DNA of 64,000 nt from Squalus acanthias (Eukaryota), in contig JASTWF010000048.1 in assembly GCA_030390025.1 (NCBI GenBank), forward strand, positions 310,001 through 374,000, given 5' to 3'. Below are positions 35,744 through 47,075 of the stretch, piece by piece (position 1 is the stretch's first letter; each line of letters starts with the position of its first letter). Under the pieces are notes generated by a model, which saw nothing but the letters and a program-made list of their open reading frames with translations, was not told the origin of the DNA and searched no databases. The position numbers and the translations under genes were made by a program.

Positions 35744-37379
35744 CGCCCGTCTCAGACACTACCGCCAAACGAGTTCTAGANNNNNNNNNNNNNNNNNNNN
35801 NNNNNNNNNNNNNNNNNNNNNNNNNNNNNNNNNNNNNNNNNNNNNNNNNNNNNNNNNNNNNNNNNNNNNNNNNNNNNNNNNNNNNNNNNNNNNNNNNNNN
35901 NNNNNNNNNNNNNNNNNNNNNNNNNNNNNNNNNNNNNNNNNNNNNNNNNNNNNNNNNNNNNNNNNNNNNNNNNNNNNNNNNNNNNNNNNNNNNNNNNNNN
36001 NNNNNNNNNNNNNNNAATTGCTTTTAATTAAGTAAAAAATGATGTATCAACGTACTGAATGTCGTTCTTTTAAGATATTATCGTCATTTTAGAACCAGAT
36101 TGCGTGCTGCAGACAGAACAACACCAGCTTCACCAGTCTCTCCAGCAAACTGGAGTCGCTCATTCCAGGTACCATTCTGGTAAATCTCCGCCTTACATTC
36201 TCTGCTCTAAGGAGAACACCCCATACAATTAGCAAATAGTTAATGTTAGCACCCTTGCAATTCTCACCCACCGATGGTTCACACGGTGCGAAGGCGAGGC
36301 GCATCTTCAGATACGTTTGTCTCCGGGACACCTGCCGCATGACGGCGGTTTCAGAATCTGTTGAAAACCGTTTACCCGCTTCTCTAACATACTCTAGGCG
36401 CCTTTTGACGTGTTTTTCAAAGAATCTGCGAATTCAGCTCAGCAAAGAATTTAACCCTTGAATTCTCGCTCAGCACATAGGAACTCAAACCTGCACTGCC
36501 TGAAACAGGAGAACATTTTTCCCAGGAACGTTACGTTTTTCCAAGAATCCTAGAATCCTACAGCACTGGAGGAGGTCATTCGGCCCGTCTGGTCTGATGC
36601 GGCTCTTTGAAAGACCTATCCAATTTGATCCCCACCGGCTTCGTCCTATCCCTCTGCAATACACATATTAGCATATCCTTCTCTGCCTTTCTCTCTCATG
36701 TACTTATCTAGCTTCCCCATAAATGCAACTATGCTATTTGACCCAAACACCCCATGTGGTAGCAAGTTTCAGATCCTCACCACACTTTGGGTAAAGAGGT
36801 TACTCCTGAATTCCCTCTTGCATGTATTAGTGTATATCCTATAAGGACCCTACCTTTTGATCCCGATTATCAATTTAGTCCCACTCCCCTGCTGTTTTGC
36901 CATAGTCCTGTTTTTTTCCTTATCAAGTGTATATTCAATTCCCTTGAATAATTTGTTATTAAACTGCTTCATCGCCATTTCAGGCAATGCATTCCAGATC
37001 ATGACAACTCTCTGCAATAAAATTTACGTCTCCTCATCTCCCCGCTGGTCGTTTTGCCTATTATCTTAAATCTGTGCCATCTGGTTAACGACCCTCCTGC
37101 CAGTGGATTTACATTCTCCCTATCAACTCTATCGAAACCATTTGTAATATTTAACACCTCTATTTGTCCTTTCCTTAACGTTCTGTGCTGTACGGTTCTG
37201 TGAAGTTACGAAACTAGCGAAGGAATGGGATGTCGCGTGGTTTCAACAGGAAGTGACGTTAGAGTGACAATTATAACCGGATGCTTCGTATTTAATCAGA
37301 TCCAATAGACAAACTGCCTTTAAACGTGGTATTGAGCTGCACTCGTTCGCACAGTGAGACATTGTCGAATGAATAAATC

Positions 37380-38302
37380 ATGTTTCATGAAGCTCATTAT
37401 CTAACGTTGATGGTGGCACTGATCCCACGTAAGTCAAAGTAACAAACTTATGCAGAGTTCTTTGTAGAATAATGTATTATAATGCCAGCTGTTGTTCAGC
37501 TGGTTGAAATCTTGCCTTTGAATCAGAGGATTTGGGTTGGAGTCTTACTCCTGAGACTTGAGCACAAAATCTATGCTGGCAATCCCGAGACCAGCACTGA
37601 GGGAATGCTGAACTATCGGAGATGCCGTCTTTCAGATAAGGTGTTAAACTGAGCTGCCCTCTCAGATGGACGTACATGATCCCATTGCACTATTGGAAGA
37701 AGAGCAGTGAAGTTGTCGCCGGTGACCTCGGCCAACATTAATCCCACAACATACACCAAAAAAATAGATTTACTGGTCATTTATTTCAAAGCAGTATGTG
37801 GGAGCTTGCTGTGCTCAAATTGGCTGTCTCGTTTCCTTCATTACAACAATGACTGCACTTTAATCAGTACTTCATTGATTGTAAAAAGCTTTGTGACTTT
37901 CTGTGGCCGTGATTGGCGCTTTATGAATGGAAGATCTTTTTCTCTGTAGTCCGTGCTCAAATAAATTATTGACAAAAATAAGAAACTAATCGATGTTGCA
38001 TTCGACAGGAATACTCGCCTCGTACGTGGAGCAGTCGCCTTCTGTCCTATCGATTGGAGCAGGAGAGTCGACCACGCTCACATGCACGCTGACTAATACT
38101 GGCTATTCCGAAATGTACTGGTACAGACAACAACCCGACCGGGCATTAGAAGCTCTTTTCTATTCTGTTGGAGCAGGAGCTGTTACGAAATACACAACCG
38201 AGTCTTTTAAGGCCAAAAGAAGCAGCGATACGCTGTTTACTTTGGAACTGAGCGCCGCCTCTCCGTCTCACACCGCTGTCTATTACTGTGCTTGTAGTAC
38301 CG
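37380..38302 (+). CDS. TRBV: TCR V segment V9, family C, intact
   Basis: Leader 37380-37428 MFHEAHYLTLMVALIP+C|GTAAGT; V exon 38009-38302 ILASYVEQSP..LTC..MYWYRQQP..AVYYCACST; ETS/CRE motif AGGAAGTGACGT at about 37248. Confidence 0.9.
37480..37945 (+). mobile_element. Deu-domain SINE (SacSINE1/AmnSINE1-like) in the V9 intron
   Basis: GATGCCGTCTTTCAGAT..TTAAAC..CCCTCTCAGATGGACGTA..GATCCCATTGCACTATTGGAAGAAGAGCAG..GTGGGAGCTTGCTGTG. Confidence 0.7.
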
Positions 38303-38341
38303 CACAGCGTTTGAGAAAGCGGCTCCCCCGCTACAAAAACC
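38303..38341 (+). other. 23-RSS of V9
   Basis: CACAGCG + 23 nt + ACAAAAACC. Confidence 0.95.
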
Positions 38342-38608
38342 TTTTCAGTGCACATTTCTCGCCACCAGGTGACAGCACCAGATATTAGTTCAGTGTTTGA
38401 TTTCTGCTTCACTCCTTCCCCGCCTCTCCTCTCTCCAACTCCTTCGTCTCCCGCCCCTCGCATCCCCTATTACCTCCTCTGCCCTCCCCGCATTAAATGA
38501 CTGGGGACAAGATGGTGAGGCGTGTAGTCTGACATCATACGTCATCCACGCCCCGGAGCAAGTAACCAATCCGTGCACTTGTGATTGAATCAGGAGGAGT
38601 GGAGGGGG

Positions 38609-38681
38609 ATGGAAGTGCGGGGCTGTGGGACCGCGTATCTCTCACTCCTGCTCCACTGTCTGAAACTGGAGATTTGCTTTG
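38609..38681 (+). pseudogene. Orphan family-D leader, donor mutated (G|ATCAG); V exon absent
   Basis: MEVRGCGTAYLSLLLHCLKLEICF followed by GA tract 38720-39290. Confidence 0.75.
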
Positions 38682-38719
38682 ATCAGCGCACGTTTACATT
38701 TGAATGCAGATTGATTTAA

Positions 38720-39290
38720 TAGAGAGAGAACGCGAGAGAGAGAGAGAGTTAGTGAATGAGGGAGTGAGAGAGACAGAGACAAAAAGAGAGAGAGACAGCG
38801 ACAGAGACAGAGAGGAAAGAGAGAGACAAAGAGAGAGAGAAAGCGAGTGAAAGAGAGGCGAAAGAGAGACAGAGAGTGATACATAGCGAGTGAAAGGGAG
38901 ACACAGAGACAGAGAGGGGAAAGAGAGAGAGATAGAGAGAGAGAGAAAGCGAGTGAAAGTGAAACGCAGAGACAGAGAGAGGAAAGAGAGAGACAGAAAG
39001 TGAACAGAGAGAGACACAGAGAGAGAAAGCGAGTGAAAGAGAGACAGAGAGAAAGAGAGGCAGGGAGCGAGAGACAGGAGAGAGAGTGAGACAGAGAGAG
39101 AGACAGAGAGACAAGAGGGAGACACACACATACACAGACATAGAGAGAGACACACATGTACAGAGAGACATAAAGCGAGAGAGACAGAAACATACACAGC
39201 CAGAAAGTGAGAGAGGCACAGAGAGAGCCGGATGAACAGCGAGAGAGAAAGAGAGAGAGAGAGATTAAGAGACAGAGAGAGAAAGGGGGA
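38720..39290. repeat. Compound GA microsatellite
   Basis: Direct inspection. Confidence 0.9.
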
Positions 39291-39477
39291 GACATTAGCA
39301 AACACGTCGATTCCGATTGTTTGAACTGGAGAAAGAGGGTGTATCCGTCCTTCTATTGGTTCCTTATGCTCTTCATATTTTTCTCAATGATTTGAAAAGA
39401 TCGCTTTGCCTCCTCGCAACACTCAATGCTCCTGCTCTCGCTCCTTCCCTCATTAGAATTAAACATGAAAATAAAAT

Positions 39478-39809
39478 ATCTATCTGTTACTGGGTCTGCT
39501 GAACTTGTTCCACCTGAAGAGAAATTTTCAAACAGTAATTATTGTTAACAACCTCCATTTACTTTCTTTCTTCCTTTTTTCTATCTCTCTTTCTGTCTTT
39601 CGCTCTTGCTCCCATTCCCCATTGCCCGAATGACCCTGTCTACTGACCTCCTCCTCTCCCCGTCTCTTTCCTGGATGTGAGATCGCAGATTATCCGCCAG
39701 ACTCCCGCCGCAGTCTCCAAATTACCCCGGGAGCGTGTGGAACTGAAACGCTATGTGAAATCTGTCAGTAACCATAACATGTTCTGGCACAGGCAATACC
39801 CGGGGAAGG
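39478..39809 (+). pseudogene. TRBV: TCR V pseudogene V10, family B, 3'-truncated
   Basis: Degenerate leader (ATG and donor lost); exon remnant from about 39675 IIRQTPAAVSKLPRERVELKRY..FWHRQYPGK, then LINE-like sequence; no RSS. Confidence 0.82.
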
Positions 39810-41640
39810 CTGCTTTCTCTAGAAAAGAGAAGACTGAGGCGTGAGCTGATAGCGAAAATTATGAAAGATGTTCGATAGGATAAATGTAGGGAAGATATTT
39901 CCACTTGTGAGGAAGACCATGCTCGTGGTCATAAATATAAGATAGTCACTAATACGTCCAAATAGGGAACTCAGGAGAAAACACTTTACCCAGAGAATGG
40001 CGAGAATGTTGAACTCGCTACCACAGGGAGTAGTTGAGAGGAATAATATAGTTGCAGTTAAGGGGTAGCTAGATAAGCACATGGGGAGTGAAAGGAATAG
40101 AAGATCATGCTGATCGAGCACAACATCAACCTGTCCTGTCTGAAGTGTTGAGGACATTCTGTCATCCGAGGTCAATGGCTTTAAATGGTAGGTGAAGTTC
40201 CCTCTGAGCAAAACAAATGAAAATAATCAATGCAAAAAGAAAGAAAAGAAGGTATGAAAAAAGAAAGAAAGAGGGAAATAAAGATTAAAGTAAAGAAGGA
40301 AAGAATGATATAATGGGAAGGGAAAAAACGATAGAGAAAGAAAGACAGAAAGAAAGAAAGTAAACACACGGGTGGGGTTTGGTCGACTGACGCTCTGTTT
40401 CTCCAAAAGGACAGCAGAGGGCGCTCTAGAACCATGAAAGACATCAGTGCCTGGAACATAGTTTAATAGGAACACAGGAACAGGAGGAGGCCATTCAGCT
40501 CTTCAAGCCTGCCGCGCCATTTAATTTGGTCATAGCTGGAACTTATCTTAAATCCATCGAGCCGCTTTTGCTCCCTATCTCTTGATCTACTTACCCAAGA
40601 AAAAATCTGTGAATCTCGGTCTAGAAATCTTCAGTTGACAGCCAGCACGCTCATCGTTTTCGGGCAGAGAGTTGAAGATTATTTCTGCCCTTTGTGTGAA
40701 GAAGTGCTTCCTGCCCTAACGCCAGAAAGGCTTAGCTCTCACTGTAAAGTTATGCCCCGTTTTTCTGGACTCCGCCACCAGTGGACATACTTTAATTCTA
40801 TCTTCCCTATCAACTCCTTTTAACATTAAAAGACTGAATCAGTTCACCCCTCAATCCTCTATACTCAAGGGTGTACAAGCCTAATCTGTACAACCTGTCT
40901 TCATAATTTAACCCTCTAAGCCCTGGTATCATTCTGGTGAATCTGCCTTGTCCTCCCTCCAAGGACAAAACATCCTTCCTGAGGTGCGGTCCCCAGAACT
41001 GAACCTAGTTTGCCAGATGGAGTCTGACCAGGGCTCTGTCCAACTGAAGCACAAATTCCTCCCTTTTGTATTCCAGCCTCCTTGACATAAAGGCCAACAT
41101 TCCATGAAGCTGTTTGATTCTTGTTTGCCCCTGGCTTTTAGTGATTTGTGTACCTGGCCAACAAAATGTCTTTGCTCCTCGACAGTTTCCAGCTTCTCAT
41201 TAGTTAGAAAATACTCTGATGTTTCTTCCTCAGGCCCCCAGTGGATGACCTCATACTTGCCCACGTTCCACGTTAAACTCAACCTGCCGCAGTTTCTTCT
41301 CATCCACGTAAGTTGTTTTGGTCAACCTTGCAACTTCCTGCTCCGGTCTGCTCTGCTTACTGCCAAACAGAGAGGGAGGGGCTGGACTGTCAATTAGAGT
41401 GGGAGGGGCTGGACGATGTTTCAGAGAGTGAGGGGGCGGGTCTGTCAATCAGCGTGGGAAGGGGTGGGGCTGTGAATCAGCCTGGGAGTGGAGGAGCGGT
41501 GCTGTCAATCAGAGAGGGAGGGGCCTGCATCACTTCTTTCCGCTCGTCAATGATTTGAAAAGGGCGGGTTGGATCCTCACAAGATTCAACGCTCTTATTT
41601 TTGCTGATTTCATTTTTGAAAGTAAATTTTAAAGTAAAAG

Positions 41641-42145
41641 ATGTATCTGTTACTGAGTCTCATGATCTTATTTCAATGTAAGTGATTTTTTCATACAATA
41701 ATCTTTGTTAATAACCTTTCTTTAATCTTTCTTTCTTTTTTTCATTGTTTCCTTCATTCTCTCTTTCTCTCGTTCTTTACTTCTTTCTTCCTCTACAAAC
41801 CAGAATGCTCCTGTTTACTGACCTCCTCCTTTCCCCGTCTCTTTCCCAGACGTGAACTCAGAGACGGTCAGCCAGACTCCCGCCGCCCTCTCCAATATTC
41901 CTGGGGATGGAGTGGATATAAAGTGCGACGTGGAGGGTGCCAGTAGCGGTACCATGTCCTGGTACAGACAGGACCCGGGGAAGGGACCGCAATTGATGTT
42001 TTACTCCGGGGCTACCAATCACGTGGATCCAGAGGGGACGGTGGACGGTTTCACCGCCAAACGACCGAATGGCAACGAGATCAATCTGAAGTCCGCCAGC
42101 CTGCAGGCGAATCACTCGGCCGTGTATTACTGCACCTGGAGTCTT
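41641..42145 (+). CDS. TRBV: TCR V segment V11, family B, intact
   Basis: Leader 41641-41677 MYLLLSLMILFQ+T|GTAAGT; V exon 41850-42145 ..YYCTWSL. Confidence 0.92.
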
Positions 42146-42184
42146 CACAGTGACTCAGAGAGATGCAGGAGCTCAACAAAAACC
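42146..42184 (+). other. 23-RSS of V11
   Basis: CACAGTG + 23 nt + ACAAAAACC. Confidence 0.97.
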
Positions 42185-44069
42185 CCAAAGGCGGCAGGAA
42201 CACCTGTTGATCATGAAACAGCGCGGTGCCTCGTCCTGTTGGTTTTATCTTGCAGAGCGAACGTGTTCTTGACAAGAATAACAGACGGGCTGGAATAAAG
42301 TGAGAAATTAGATTAAAAAGGACACTGGAGAAGCTGCAATGAAAGATAAGTTAAATATAGTGAAGAACGATAGAACAAAAGGAAGATAGAAATAAAGAAG
42401 GAAAGAAAGAGAGGGAGAACGAAAAAAGAAAGACAGAACGAAAGAATGATATAAAGAAAAATAAATTTCTGGAAAGAAGGAAACAAGGAACAAGGATACC
42501 CAGAAAGAAAGGAAGAAAGATACACAGAAAGAAAGGAAGAAAGAAAGAAAGATAGAAAAAAGGAAATAAAGTAGAAGACTGTGAAGCTTTTGCACACTGA
42601 CACTGTGTTTTCTTTCTCCACAGAGACTGAAGAGGGCGCTCTAGGACCATCAAACACACGGTTGCTTGTAATATGGTTTAATATGGAATAGAAGGCGGTC
42701 ATTCAGTCCCCTTGAGCCTAATACATAGGAACAGGAGAAGGCCATTAAGCATCCTCGAGACCGTATACACAGGTACAGGAGAAGGAGCATTAAGCCACAT
42801 AAGCCTGTTACACAGTAACAGGAGGAGTCCATTCAGCCCCTCTAGTCTGTTACATAGGAACAAGAGAAGGATATTCATGCCCTCGAGTCTGCTCTGCAAG
42901 CCAATTAGATCATGGGTGATGTGTATATTCCTTCTGTCCAACCGCATTTGCTGCACATACCTCGATAATCTTACCCTACAAATATCGGTCAATAACAGTC
43001 TTAAAGGCTCCAATTGTTCCCTCACCTTCAACATACTCTTGGAGCAGAGAGTTCCACATTTCCACTACCATTGTGTGAACAGGTAGTTTTTCACACAAGG
43101 CCTGAACGACCTAACTCTAACTTTAAGTTGCTCCCCGCTGTTCTGGACTCCCCCACCAGAGGAAACAGTTGCTCTCTATCTAACCTATCAACTTATTTTA
43201 ACATTTACAAATCTCAATCAGTTCAGCACTGAATCTTCTATACTCAAGGTAATATAGGCCATGTTTTGCAATCCTTCCTCATAATTTAACACTCTCAGTC
43301 CCGGGTATCAGTCTGGTGAATCTGCGCTGCATCCCCTCCAAGTCTAATATATCCTTCCTGTGATGCGGTTACCAGAATTGAACTCAGTACTCCAGATGGG
43401 GTCTGACCAATTCTCTATAGGACAGAAGAATAACTTCCTGCCGTTTGTATTCCTGACCCCATGAGATAAAGGACAACATCCCTTTAGACTTTTTGATTTA
43501 TTTCCCCCCTATCTACCAGCATTTAGTGAATTTTTACCTGTACAGTTAAATCGCTTTGTTTCTCCGCAAATCCTAGCTTAAAACCATTTAGAAAATACTC
43601 TGATCTATATTTGTTAGGTCCCAAGTGCTAGGCCTCGCACTTGCCCACGTTAAATTACTTCTTGCACTGTTTTGCACGTTCACTTAATCTCTAAATCCTC
43701 TTTGCAAATCCCGGTTCCCATCTGTTCTACTTACTGTCAATCAGAGAGGGAGGGGCCGGGCTGTTCATTGGAATCGGTGGGGAGGGGCTGTCAATGAGAG
43801 AGGTATGACGGGACAGTCAAACAGAGAGGGCGGACGGGGCTGTCAATCATCGAGTGAGGGGTGAGATCGTCAGTGATAAAGGGGCGGGGCGGGATTGACA
43901 ATCATAGAGAGAGGGGCGGGGCATTGTCCCTTCAGTGTTTTATGAAATAGAGACCGTTGCCGTTTACACGCGCCAGTTTGGGCCTTTCAAACAGCAGTCT
44001 CAGTGCTCCAGTCTCTGGGCAGCTTTTTGGGTCGAGGGGCTCCCGGTCACATACCCTCTGTCCCGGACC

Positions 44070-45186
44070 ATGCGGACTTGCCTCCTGTCCTGTCCGTTGC
44101 TGCTGTTCCTATTGGCGGGTAAGTAGAGCGAGAGCTCGGTGTCACATAGAGGGCTTTAGCTTTTGGAGTAGGAATGTATTAAAGAGCCTACAAAACAAGT
44201 TTTCATCAAAAAGAGAAAGAAAGAAAGAACGAGATGAAAAGAAAGATAGAAAGAAAGAAAGATAGAACGATGGAAAGATGGAAAGGAAGAGAGAAAGAAA
44301 GAAGAAAGACAGAAAGAAAAAAACTGAAAGAAAGAAAGAGGAAAGGAAGAGAACAAGGTTTTTGGAGCAAGTAGACAATATCTGTTTAGTGACACATAAA
44401 GGAGATAAATTGTGTTAAATAAGGCGGGATGGACATTTAGTTAACTGGGTTAGTTCTATAATAGTTGAACCAGTGAGTGACATTTCCACGCCAATCCAGC
44501 TTACAAGAGAGCTCCACTAAACCTACTGGCTCCTGTCTAACTACAAGTGCCTGCCGGTTTAGAATATTAATCTTGTTTTGCCAACTCGACTAAACCAGAA
44601 TGTCGCGCGGTAGAGACGGTAGACTGTTCTTTTAAGGAGCAGAGGAGCAGGGGGGTGATAGGGTAGATAGAGGAAATAATTTCTCCCTATCTAGCCTATC
44701 CAATCCTTTGATCACTATTAGATTTCAGTGAAAATACAGAAAATACATCGATTGAAATGAAAAGTAAGAGTGTGAGAGAAAGGGGAATATCAGTCAAAGA
44801 ACAGCTAATCATTAAACAGGTTAATGTGTCTTATTTCTGGGGAAATAACTGTCTCTCTTTGCTGTTCTTTCCCGTTTTGATTCGAGGTGTTGGCGGATCT
44901 CAGAAGATAGTGCAGTCCCGGGAGTATGTGTCGGTGAGAGAGGGCGAGTCTGTGACTATCCCGTGTACCCAACGCGGGACTGATTCTAATATGTACTGGT
45001 ACCGTCAGCTGCCGGGCCAGGGTCTCCAGAACCTTCTGCAAGCGGTGTATGAAGATGATCCGAGCAGGTCGGACGGGATCACGGAGCGATTTTGGGCCAA
45101 AAAAACTGCAGATAACTCCTTCGATCTGAAGATCTCGATGGTGCGGCCGAACGACACGGCGCGGTATTTCTGCGCCTGCAGTGATG
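44070..45186 (+). CDS. TRBV: TCR V segment V12, family A; open frame, near-identical to V1
   Basis: Leader 44070-44118 MRTCLLSCPLLLFLLA+G|GTAAGT; V exon 44887-45186; GAG-type acceptor. Confidence 0.87.
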
Positions 45187-45225
45187 CACAGAGATACACT
45201 CAGACTGAACCGTGCTACAAAAACC
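45187..45225 (+). other. 23-RSS of V12
   Basis: CACAGAG + 23 nt + ACAAAAACC. Confidence 0.95.
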
Positions 45226-45515
45226 CGCCCGTCTCAGACACTACCGCCTAACCAGTTCTATTGATAGATAGACCGGGATAGAGTGAAGAAGAGGGATAGA
45301 GAGAGGGTGAGAGGGAGAGAGAAGGAGACGGAGAGAGAGAGAGAGGGAGGGCGAGAGGGTGTGAGACGGAACAGAGACAGAGAGATAGGGAGAGTGGGAG
45401 CGCGAAGGCAACAGCGAGGCAGGTTTAGAGAGTGACAGGGAAAGAGAGACATTGAGAGATAGAGAAGACAGAGGGAGAGACGGAGAGCGAGCTGTCCAAA
45501 GATTTATGCATGTAT

Positions 45516-45547
<32 letters not shown>

Positions 45548-47075
45548 TGATCTCTCTATCTTTGGATGATTATAATTTGTTATTAAATAATTGTAAAATG
45601 TTATATCAATGCATTCAATGTCCTTTTTAAACAAATTAAGTACATTTTAATCAACAGATTTTGCGGTGGGTAAATGGGTTAACGTCAGTGGTGAAAGAGT
45701 GGTTACTGGAGTATGTGGAGGAGATACCCATACCTGCCGATGCGCCAGTGAATTATTCCTGTTATTTCCCCTATTGCAATAGCGACTTGAGACGCGCTCC
45801 TTGTCACAGCATCATGGAATGATACTTCACGGAAGGAGGCCATTCGACCCATCGCACCTGTGCCGGCTCTGTGAAAAAGCTATTATATTAGTCCCATTCC
45901 CCTGCCCTATCCCCTATAGACCTGCAACGTTTCCTCCAGGAAATATGTATCCAATTTCCTTTTGAATGTTAGTATTGAATCTGTTTCCACCACCCTTTCA
46001 GGATGAGCGTTTGAGATCATAACAAAGCGCTGTGAAAAAAAAAATTCTCCGCCTGTCGCCTCTGGATCTTGTACCATTTACCTTATATCCGTGTGCTCTG
46101 GTTATCGATCCTCCTGCCAGTGGAAACAATTTATCATTATTTACTCGATCAAAACCCTTTATTATCTTTAACAAGGGATACGGTAGCATAGGCGTTATGC
46201 TGCTGAACCAGTAATCCAGAGTTCGGGAAAAATGATCCAGAGACATGAGTTCAAATTCTACCACGACAGCTGGGGAATTTAAATTCAGTTAATTGACTAA
46301 ATCTCGAATTGAAAAGCTAGTATCAGTAATAATGACGATGAAACTACAGGAGTGTCGTAAAAACCCAGTTGGTTCACTTAACTGCTCTCTTGTGATTCAA
46401 GAAAGCTTTCTCACCACCACCTTTCCCAAGGACAATTAGGGATTGACAATAAATGCCAGCGACGCCCACATCCTATGAATAAAAAAAATCTCCATTACAT
46501 CTCACATTAACATTCTCTGCTTTAATTAGAACAATCCCAGCTTCCCTATCTCTCATACCTGACGTCCCTCATCCCTGGTACCATTCTGGTAAATCTCCTC
46601 TTAACCTTCACTAAGGCGAACAGCCCCATACACATAGGATATAGTTCATCTTAGAACCCTTAAACGTGTCACGAATGTTTCACACTGTGCAAAGGCCAGA
46701 TGACTCCTCAGATATGTTTGTCACTGAGACACCTGCGTCCTGACGGCGGGTGCAAACTCTGTTGAAAACCGTTTACCCACTTCTCATCAGACACTAGGCG
46801 CCTTTTGAAGTGTTTTTTCAAATAAACTAGAAGTTCAGAACAGGGAAGAATTTAACCCTTTAATTCGCGTTTAGCACATGGGAACTGAAAGCTGCACTGC
46901 CTGAAACAAGAGAGAACTTTGGCCCAAAAATGATCCGTGTTTTATAGAACCATACAATCCTATAGCACAGAGAGAGGTCACTCGATCAGTCCAGTCCGTG
47001 CCGGCTCTTTGAAAGAGCGATTCAATTAGTTCCAACATGAGACTCCTCCCTCCCAGCTTCCTCTCACCCCGTCAA

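Noticed and set aside
38284-38290. TACTGTG cryptic heptamer (V-replacement type) in V9 FR3
   Set aside because: Follows from Tyr-Cys-Ala codons; other families use TACTGCG or TTCTGCG, so it is not conserved
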